Part shown: positions 8,135-15,469 of the stretch, one piece after another | How the letters are laid out: each line of letters starts with the position of its first letter | Position numbering within the stretch: the stretch's first letter is position 1 | From: Eubacteriales bacterium | GTDB lineage: Bacteria > Bacillota > Clostridia > Oscillospirales > CAG-272 | DNA: 58,071 bases | NCBI GenBank assembly: GCA_045546375.1 | Contig: JAZQCR010000031.1 | Coordinates: 1-58,071, forward strand | Direction: 5' to 3' | Notes under the pieces: generated by a model | Databases searched by the model: none | Seen by the model: only the letters and a program-made list of their open reading frames with translations | Told to the model about the DNA's origin: nothing | Made by a program: the position numbers and the translations under genes

Positions 8135-9952
8135 ATGAAGAGTTTATTTAAGAGTATGTTAGCTGTGCTGCTGGCGTTGGCTATGCTTATCCCCGGCGGC
8201 TTTGTCTTTGCCAAGGAGCCGGTGGACTTTACCGACGTGGACGCAGACGACTGGTTTGCGCCCTACGTTGACTATTGCTCGGTGAACGGTCTCGTTAACG
8301 GTATGACCGCCACTACCTTTGAGCCGAATACGTCACTTTCACGTGCCATGTTCGTGACCATTCTTTGCCGTTCTATGAAAGCGTATGCGCCGGAGGGCGC
8401 AGAGATGCCATTTACCGACGTTCCCGAAAAGCACTGGGCAAAGGACGCTATACTCTGGGCGTATAATTCGGGTATAGTCAACGGTATGACCCCCACCACC
8501 TTCCGGCCCGACGGGCTTATCACCCGTGAACAGATGTGCACCATCATCTGCCGCTTTGCGGATGCTGCGGGCTATGATATTCCTATGGCTGAGAGCTACG
8601 GTATCTTTGCGGACGAGGATGAGATATCCGACTGGGCGTATGACAGTGTATTCGTATGCTACGCCGCAGGCATCGTAAACGGTATCACTGAGGATAGCTT
8701 CGGCCCGAAGCAGAATGCTACAAGGGCTCAGGCCTGCGCCATCCTCCAGCGCTTCTACCGCATTGCCACCCACGAGTATAACGAGAGTGAGGAGCAGGAC
8801 GGCAAGGTCACCTTCACCGAGGCCGATAAGTTCGGTGTGTACGCTACCGGCTACTATTTATACGATGAGAACGGCAATCAGCTCGAGTATTACTACGAGG
8901 AGGCCGGCTTTAATAAGAAGGTCGAATACAAGTATAACGAGCTTGACTTACTCATAGAGATAAAGTACGTCGACTCGGACGGATACGAGACCCTTAGCGT
9001 CAATACCTATGACGAGAACGGATCACTTCTTACTAACAAGTATACCACCTCCGACGGATACTCCGACGAGACGACCCATAAATACGATGAGAGCGGCAGA
9101 ATGACGGAGAGTACCTACTCCGATTCCGACGGCTACTCTAACACCGAGAATTATGCCTATGACGAGATGGATAATATCATCGGATACAGGTTTGCTAATT
9201 CCGAGGGAGAATGGTATGACGAGGAATTTGAGTATGACGGTAAGGGCAACCTGCTGAAGCATAAGTACGTGGATTCCGACGGGTATGAGTATACCGAGAC
9301 CTATGCATATAACGAGGACGAGGAAAAGACCGAGTATAGTTTCGTCGATTCCGACGGATATACCGAAAGCGAAAAGTATACCTACGAGGGAGGCCGCCTT
9401 GTAAAGGCTGTAAAGAAGAACAGTGACGGGGTAGACGTCGAGATAGATATGGAGTATAAGGGCGGTAACCTCGTCAGCGCCAAGAAGAAGGACGGCGGCC
9501 AGCCGGTCATCGACATCACCCAGAAGTTTAACGAGGACGACTATATCAGTGAGTTCGTCATTAAGGAGTACACCGACGGCAGAGACGACTATATGATCAT
9601 CCGTTTTGGTGAGAGCGGTGAGTATTCCTCGGCAGAGTACTTTGACAGCAAGTATAATGAGGAGACCGGAGTAGGTGCTACCTATTACTTTGATGAGAAT
9701 TCCTTTAACGGCCCGGATGGTGCGCCTTCGCACTTTAAGCACAAGATAGATCTCGAGGATTACGCTATGCAGAACGTCACCTTCGACTATGACGAGGGTA
9801 CGGTCTCTGTGACGGATGCTTACGGCGGCAATTTCGATACCATCGACAGCAACTTAGGACAGAGCATGCTGCTTCCCGCTTTGGCTGTGCAGGGCTACGC
9901 TCAGTATATTGCACCCATGTACGATACCGACGTTATGTTTTATTTCTTTTAA
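8135..9952 (+). CDS. S-layer homology (SLH x3) protein with ~25-aa YD-like repeats, paralog 2
   Basis: Same architecture as 6273; repeated DSDGY...YDE.G units; duplicated upstream promoter/RBS. Confidence 0.85.
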   Translation: MKSLFKSMLAVLLALAMLIPGGFVFAKEPVDFTDVDADDWFAPYVDYCSVNGLVNGMTATTFEPNTSLSRAMFVTILCRSMKAYAPEGAEMPFTDVPEKHWAKDAILWAYNSGIVNGMTPTTFRPDGLITREQMCTIICRFADAAGYDIPMAESYGIFADEDEISDWAYDSVFVCYAAGIVNGITEDSFGPKQNATRAQACAILQRFYRIATHEYNESEEQDGKVTFTEADKFGVYATGYYLYDENGNQLEYYYEEAGFNKKVEYKYNELDLLIEIKYVDSDGYETLSVNTYDENGSLLTNKYTTSDGYSDETTHKYDESGRMTESTYSDSDGYSNTENYAYDEMDNIIGYRFANSEGEWYDEEFEYDGKGNLLKHKYVDSDGYEYTETYAYNEDEEKTEYSFVDSDGYTESEKYTYEGGRLVKAVKKNSDGVDVEIDMEYKGGNLVSAKKKDGGQPVIDITQKFNEDDYISEFVIKEYTDGRDDYMIIRFGESGEYSSAEYFDSKYNEETGVGATYYFDENSFNGPDGAPSHFKHKIDLEDYAMQNVTFDYDEGTVSVTDAYGGNFDTIDSNLGQSMLLPALAVQGYAQYIAPMYDTDVMFYFF

Positions 9953-9959
9953 TCAGACG

Positions 9960-9993
9960 GAAAACTCCGCATTTTTTGCGGAGTTTTCTTTTT
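9960..9993 (+). terminator. Intrinsic terminator
   Basis: gaaaactccgca-ttttt-tgcggagttttc followed by T-run. Confidence 0.75.
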
Positions 9994-10054
9994 AGTTATT
10001 GTTTTAGCTTTTTATTTATGGTATACTATTCCTTGTTAAAAAGGAAGGTATAAA

Positions 10055-11431
10055 ATGAAGTTATTAAAATCCTCCGTCACGGATATGACACAAGGCTCCG
10101 TGTGGAAAAACATCGTGTATTTCACTATCCCTATGCTGATAGGCAATATCGCCCAACAGCTTTACAGCACCGTTGACAGCGTTGTGGTCGGTAAATACGT
10201 AGGTGATAACGCTCTTGCGGCGGTAGGCAGCGCTATGCCTATCTTAAATATGCTCCTGGTGCTTTTTATCGGCATCTCGGCAGGTGCGGGTATAATGGTA
10301 TCCCAGTATTTCGGCGCGAAGAACAGAAAGGCGCTGTCCTACACCATAGGTAACTGTATCACCGCTACAGCCATCGCCTGCGTCGGACTGATACTCGCTA
10401 TGACCTTCGTCATCGACCCTATGCTACGTGTGCTGAATACCCCGGCGTCCATTCACGAGTGGTGCGCCGATTACCTGAAGATATCCCTGTGGGGCGTTGC
10501 CGGTATGGCGTACTATAATATCCTTTCGGGTATTATACGCGGAATGGGCGATTCCGTTTCCGCTCTGATCTATCTTTTGGTCGCTACCGTCATCAATATC
10601 GTGCTTGATATATATTTCGTTGCGGGACTCGGTATGGAGGTAGCGGGCGTTGCCCTGGCTACCGTTATCGCCCAGGGGATCTCCTCTGCACTCTGTCTTG
10701 TGAAGCTCTCCCGTATGGGCGTTCACTTCGATTTCGGACTAAAGTATATGGTGCCAAAGTCACAGTACATACTGACTCTCGTGCGCCTGGGCATACCCTC
10801 CGGTCTCACCCAGGCTATCTTTTCTTCCGCTATGATAATCGTTCAGTCACTGACCAATCAGTTTGGTGAGCAGTTTATCGCCGCAAACGTGATCATAATG
10901 CGTGTGGACGGCTTCGCTATGATGCCTAACTTCTCATTTGGCACGGCGCTGACCACCTTTGCGGGACAGAACGTAGGTGCGGGGCTCTACGACCGCGTTA
11001 AGAAGGGCGCTAAGCAGGGTACTCTCATCGCTGTGGGCTGTTCTACCGCCATTACTCTTATCATCCTTCTTTTCGGTAAGAATCTTATGGGACTTTTCAC
11101 CGAGACCGAGGCGCTGGTGAATGAGAGCTATCGGCTCATGATGATACTGGCGGTGGGATACATCGCCGTTGCCGTGACCCAGAGCCTCTCGGGCATTATG
11201 AGAGGTGCGGGCGATACTATGACGCCTATGTGGATATCCCTTATAACCACCGTTGCCTTCCGCGTTCCCGTGGCGTACGGCATTTCCTTTTTAACGAGAA
11301 GTGAAGAGCTGCCCCACGGTATCAAGGAATGTATACAGATATCTCTGCTTTGCTCCTGGGTAATGGGTGCTGTGATCACCGCTATATTCTACGCACGCGG
11401 TAAGTGGAAGAGCAAGGCTATAAAGGATTAA
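10055..11431 (+). CDS. MATE family efflux transporter
   Basis: DMTQGS...QQLYSTVDSVVVG...GQNVGAG; 12-TM pattern. Confidence 0.9.
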   Translation: MKLLKSSVTDMTQGSVWKNIVYFTIPMLIGNIAQQLYSTVDSVVVGKYVGDNALAAVGSAMPILNMLLVLFIGISAGAGIMVSQYFGAKNRKALSYTIGNCITATAIACVGLILAMTFVIDPMLRVLNTPASIHEWCADYLKISLWGVAGMAYYNILSGIIRGMGDSVSALIYLLVATVINIVLDIYFVAGLGMEVAGVALATVIAQGISSALCLVKLSRMGVHFDFGLKYMVPKSQYILTLVRLGIPSGLTQAIFSSAMIIVQSLTNQFGEQFIAANVIIMRVDGFAMMPNFSFGTALTTFAGQNVGAGLYDRVKKGAKQGTLIAVGCSTAITLIILLFGKNLMGLFTETEALVNESYRLMMILAVGYIAVAVTQSLSGIMRGAGDTMTPMWISLITTVAFRVPVAYGISFLTRSEELPHGIKECIQISLLCSWVMGAVITAIFYARGKWKSKAIKD

Positions 11432-11434
11432 GTT

Positions 11435-12460
11435 ATGGAAAGACTTGAAAAACTGTACGAGGGGCGCTCCCCCTTTCACGGCGAGATGCACGATCACTCG
11501 GCGAGCGGAGGCACCAGCGACGGCAAGAGACCGCTGTCCCATTGGCTGGGCGCTATGGAGGCGCTGGAGCTTGACTTCGCCGCTATCCTTGACCATAGAC
11601 AAGTGCGTCATATGTTCGAGCCCGAGTGGGAGGACGGAGTATTCATCGGGGGCACAGAGCCTGCCGTGCTTATCTCCGACAGTACCGCCGAAAAGGCGTG
11701 GATGCACTATCTTATGATATTCGAGGGACCCGAGCCGGTAATGGAGCTGCTCTCTCATTTCCCCGAATACGGATATACGGGAGGTGTGGAGGGTCATTTC
11801 GACTATCCTGCCTTTACCCGTGAGCATTTCTGCGAGCTTATCGACTACGTGAAGGAGCATGGCGGCTTCTTCGTCCATCCTCACCCGAAGCAGTGTATGA
11901 TAAGCGACGAGCCCCTTGATTATTGGTTCCGTGACGGGACGGGCATAGAGGTCTTTTACGGTCATTACGAGACCCGTTGGACTGAGGAAAACTACGCCCT
12001 GTGGTGCGAGCTTCTTCGCCTCGGAAAGCGTGTATGGGCGTGTGCGGGAGGCGACTGGCACGCCTGCGCCTCTGACGGTGCTATCACCACCTTTTACGCC
12101 ACCGAAAAGAAGAATTCCGCATATCTTGAGCCCCTTCGCCGCGGCGACTTCGTCTGCGGCGGCGTCGGCATAAGGATGGCTATAGGGAATACCCTTATGG
12201 GCGGCAGCTGCTCCTTTGAGGGAGAAAAACTGCTCGTGGGTATCTCTGATTTTCATAAGAGCGTGCGGCATAGCGAGCATACCTACCGCGCGGACGTTAT
12301 CACCGATCGTGGCGTGGTGTACTCTACGTCCATCACCTGCACGGAGCCTGCGTTTATCTGCCTTGATACCGAGGACTGCGCCTTCTACCGCGTGGAGATC
12401 TTCGATACCTTGAGGGATAAGCGCATAGCTATCGGCAATCCTATTTGGAATGATAGATAA
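11435..12460 (+). CDS. PHP-like metallohydrolase (CehA/McbA-type)
   Basis: GEMHDHS...SDG, LDH, HPHP, GGDWH motifs; C-terminal FYRVE...GNPIW. Confidence 0.65.
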   Translation: MERLEKLYEGRSPFHGEMHDHSASGGTSDGKRPLSHWLGAMEALELDFAAILDHRQVRHMFEPEWEDGVFIGGTEPAVLISDSTAEKAWMHYLMIFEGPEPVMELLSHFPEYGYTGGVEGHFDYPAFTREHFCELIDYVKEHGGFFVHPHPKQCMISDEPLDYWFRDGTGIEVFYGHYETRWTEENYALWCELLRLGKRVWACAGGDWHACASDGAITTFYATEKKNSAYLEPLRRGDFVCGGVGIRMAIGNTLMGGSCSFEGEKLLVGISDFHKSVRHSEHTYRADVITDRGVVYSTSITCTEPAFICLDTEDCAFYRVEIFDTLRDKRIAIGNPIWNDR

Positions 12461-12473
12461 TTTGGAGTGAGAA

Positions 12474-14150
12474 ATGAAAAAGTTTGATGTACACACACAT
12501 CTCGGATACAGCAAAAGCGAATCCGATCTGCTTACGCACTTAGAGGAAGCGGGGCTGTACGGCGCCTGCGTTTTCTCTTATCCGCCGACAGAGCACAATT
12601 CTGCGATCGGAAAGGATTTTGATGCGAGACTTGAGCACGTGCTCGGCTTTGTGTCAAAGGACAGAGAGCGCCTTTACCCCGTGCTGTGGGTCCATCCCGA
12701 TGAGCTAAGTATCATCGATAATATCGACAAGGCCGTAGAGGCGGGCGTTGCGGCATTCAAGATGATCTGCAATAATTATTATGTCTATGAGGAGAAGAGC
12801 ATGGCCCTTGTCCGCAAGATCGCGGCCGGCGGCAAGCCTATCTTCTTCCATACGGGCATCCTGTGGGATGGGACGGTCTCTTCCGACTATAACCGCCCCT
12901 TGCACTTTGAGCATCTTATCGGAGTGGAGGGACTGCGCTTCTCCATGGGGCATTGCTCCTGGCCGTGGATAGACGAGTGCATCGCACTGTACGGTAAGTT
13001 CTTAAATACCCGTTCCAGATGCAACACGGCGGATATGTATTTCGACCTGACACCGGGCACTCCCGAGATCTACAGAGAGGAGCTTATCACTAAGCTTTTC
13101 ACCGTGGGCTATGACGTTTCGGCTCATATGATGTTCGGTACGGACTGCAATGCCGAGGACTACAACAGCGCCTGGTCTAAGAAGTGGCTGGATACCGACC
13201 GCAGGCTGATGGATAAGCTGGGCGTTTCCAAGGCGTGCAGAGAAAACCTCTATTATAATAACCTTATGGAATTTTTGGGTATATCCGAGAGTGGAAAAGA
13301 GATGGCGATCCCCGAGTGCGACGACGCTAATGCGTGGAGCCCTGTAAACGAAAACGTAAGGGAGATCATTGAGGGATGGTATAAGAAGCTTGGCTTTGAC
13401 CGCTGTTATGACAGGGATTTCTACCGTGCTCTTGAGGAAATAAAGGTATCCGACGCGGTGAATATCCGCGAGTACGACAAGGGGTGCGAGGACGGACTTC
13501 GTAATCTGCTCTCCTTCCTATATATGTGTGAGGACGTGGCGGAAAAGTATCGCGAGATGGGCATTTCCGACGAGATACTCGTTGACACCCTGTACGATAT
13601 CGTTTTGTGGACGAGAAACTGGAGCAAGGTTAAGGGCCGCACCTACTTAGGTGAGCTTGGATGGCTTACAAACCACATGACGGGACGACTGCATAAGATA
13701 GGCAGACTTCAGTTCTGCCGCGGCAGATGCGATATGGATATCCCCGAGCTCGGCATTAAAGAGGGTGAGCCTATTTTAGAGATACATATCCCTGCCCGTG
13801 GGCCTCTCACAAGGGAAGAGTGCGAAGAGTCTATTGCCATGGCGAAGGAGTTTTACGCAAAATACTATCCCGACTACGATTATAAGTGCTTCACCTGCTC
13901 CTCCTGGCTTATGGACGGTACTCTTAAGGAGCTGTTGTCAGACGAGAGTAACATCATCCGTTTTCAGGATATGTTTACCGTTATCGGGCGGCACGAATCC
14001 TATTCGCTCTTGAAGTATCTTTTCGGTTGGGATACAAGACGGGAGAATCTTTCGGAGCGCGAGCCTACCTCCTCCTTTGCAAGGAAGGTCAAGGAGAGGG
14101 TGATGCAGGGGGGCAAGTTCTACTCTGCATTCGGTTATATGAAGAAATAA
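12474..14150 (+). CDS. Amidohydrolase_2 domain fused to DUF5596/GNAT-like acyltransferase domain
   Basis: N-half DVHTH, FFHTG, MGH, MFGTD; C-half IGRLQF, LEIHIP..GPL, CSSWLMD, SNIIRFQ. Confidence 0.7.
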   Translation: MKKFDVHTHLGYSKSESDLLTHLEEAGLYGACVFSYPPTEHNSAIGKDFDARLEHVLGFVSKDRERLYPVLWVHPDELSIIDNIDKAVEAGVAAFKMICNNYYVYEEKSMALVRKIAAGGKPIFFHTGILWDGTVSSDYNRPLHFEHLIGVEGLRFSMGHCSWPWIDECIALYGKFLNTRSRCNTADMYFDLTPGTPEIYREELITKLFTVGYDVSAHMMFGTDCNAEDYNSAWSKKWLDTDRRLMDKLGVSKACRENLYYNNLMEFLGISESGKEMAIPECDDANAWSPVNENVREIIEGWYKKLGFDRCYDRDFYRALEEIKVSDAVNIREYDKGCEDGLRNLLSFLYMCEDVAEKYREMGISDEILVDTLYDIVLWTRNWSKVKGRTYLGELGWLTNHMTGRLHKIGRLQFCRGRCDMDIPELGIKEGEPILEIHIPARGPLTREECEESIAMAKEFYAKYYPDYDYKCFTCSSWLMDGTLKELLSDESNIIRFQDMFTVIGRHESYSLLKYLFGWDTRRENLSEREPTSSFARKVKERVMQGGKFYSAFGYMKK

Positions 14151-14187
14151 GATCATGTCGGATGAGCCGTTTTTGTCTCAACCGTTG

Positions 14188-14196
14188 TGATATAAT
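14188..14196 (+). promoter_or_regulatory. Extended -10 promoter of the retron unit
   Basis: TGATATAAT ending 4 nt before the 5' inverted repeat at 14201. Confidence 0.65.
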
Positions 14197-14200
14197 TTTA

Positions 14201-14377
14201 GCGGAACATCAGAGCAAGTCAATTTACGTTGGCACCGTGGGCGGGTCGCCCTCGGGAAGCATACAGAAGATCTCGGGCTCACTTCGTTCGTACGAAGCGG
14301 CTATGCAGTATGAAAATGCCCACCTTGTGGGCCCGAATACTGCACCGCGCTCCGTGATTCACATTGTTTTGTTCCGT
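14201..14377 (+). ncRNA. Putative retron msr-msd non-coding RNA
   Basis: Terminal IR gcggaaca(14201-08)/tgttccgt(14370-77), extendable with G-U pairs; hairpins gggcg-ggt-cgccc (14239-51) and cttcgt-tcgt-acgaag (14282-97); long stem 14297-14348; lies immediately upstream of a retron RT. Confidence 0.7.
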
Positions 14378-14396
14378 GCAGGAGGGGAGAAAAGTA

Positions 14397-15326
14397 ATGG
14401 ATATAATAGTATATAAGGAGCTTTCCTCCCTTGCCTGCGACCTTGGCGTATCGGGGCATACCCTCTACGCCTTATCGAATCATATCGGTGCCCATTATAA
14501 AAAGGTGCTTATCCCCAAGGGCGGCGGAGAGTGCCGCGAGCTTCACGTGCCCGATAAGCTGCTTAAGACGGTACAAAAGCGCATAGCGGAAAGGTTGCTG
14601 ACCCTTGAGAGGGTATCACCGTACGCTACCGCCTACAGACCCGGTTGCTCGCCTATGGCCAATGCCGGTCACCATATGGGCGCTCCCGTGCTCCTTAAGA
14701 TGGATATAAGACGTTTTTTCGATCACGTGATCTACCCCGTGGTAAAGGAAAAGGTCTTTCGAGGGGAGCGGTATTCCGAGAGCAACAGAATACTTTTGAC
14801 ACTTCTTTGTATGTATAAGGACACCTTACCCCAGGGAGCACCCACCTCACCCGCCATCTCCAATATCGTAATGCGGGATTTCGACGACAGGGTAGGCGCC
14901 TGGTGTGCCGAGCGCGGTATACGGTATACCAGATACTGTGACGACCTTACCTTTTCGGGTGATTTCGACCCCGCGCCAGTTAAGGCCTTCGTTCGCGAAG
15001 AGCTGATAAAAATGGGCTTTTACCCTAATGATAGAAAGACGGTAGTCCTTCGTAACGGACAGAGAAAGACGGTTACGGGCATCGTCGTAAATGAAAAGCT
15101 GAATACCGCCTCCGACTACCGCAGGAGTCTGCGTCAGGAGATACGCTTTTGCAAAAGGTACGGCGTCGCAGATCATTTAAAGCACGTGGGTAAGGAAACA
15201 GTCAGCGTGCGCTCCTACCTTTCACAGCTTTTGGGCAGGGCGAACTACATCCTGCAGGTGGATAAGGATAACGCCGAGGTCAAGGGCTATAAAAGATGGA
15301 TAATCGAACAGTTCCGCGAGGTTTAA
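14397..15326 (+). CDS. Retron-type reverse transcriptase (309 aa)
   Basis: RBS ggagggg; IPK...R.L..P, NAGHH (region X NAxxH), KMDIRRFF, LPQGAPTSPAISN, RYCDDLTFS, TVTGIVVN (region Y VTG). Confidence 0.9.
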   Translation: MDIIVYKELSSLACDLGVSGHTLYALSNHIGAHYKKVLIPKGGGECRELHVPDKLLKTVQKRIAERLLTLERVSPYATAYRPGCSPMANAGHHMGAPVLLKMDIRRFFDHVIYPVVKEKVFRGERYSESNRILLTLLCMYKDTLPQGAPTSPAISNIVMRDFDDRVGAWCAERGIRYTRYCDDLTFSGDFDPAPVKAFVREELIKMGFYPNDRKTVVLRNGQRKTVTGIVVNEKLNTASDYRRSLRQEIRFCKRYGVADHLKHVGKETVSVRSYLSQLLGRANYILQVDKDNAEVKGYKRWIIEQFREV

Positions 15327-15351
15327 AAAGCGAGCATTTGCTCGCTTTTTT
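15325..15351 (+). terminator. Intrinsic terminator closing the retron unit
   Basis: aaaaagcgagca-tt-tgctcgctttttt overlapping the RT stop codon. Confidence 0.8.
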
Positions 15352-15469
15352 GCTTTTTGCGGTTGATAATGAAAAGTCAAAGTGCTATAATTATAGAAAA
15401 CGGTTGCTTTTTGTAACAAATTGAATTTTTTTGCGTCTTAATGAGTATAAAGACATTTTAGGAGAGAAG

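Noticed and set aside
6273-9952. Rhs polymorphic toxins
   Set aside because: Too few YD repeats, no PxxxxDPxG core end, no toxin tip or immunity gene.
11291-12514. Long antisense ORFs (also 1300-2043, 9023-9742, 44981-45751, 53275-54186)
   Set aside because: Shadow frames of well-supported genes, expected from codon bias; no motifs.
14027-14416. 129-aa ORF as a full gene
   Set aside because: Overlaps the upstream CDS, the promoter and the structured RNA, and has no motif; only its last 37 codons are kept as a speculative finding.
14151-15326. RT as part of a diversity-generating retroelement or group II intron
   Set aside because: No template/variable repeat pair differing at adenines and no avd-like gene seen; no maturase domain or intron domain V/VI; the NAxxH and VTG motifs and the size fit a retron.
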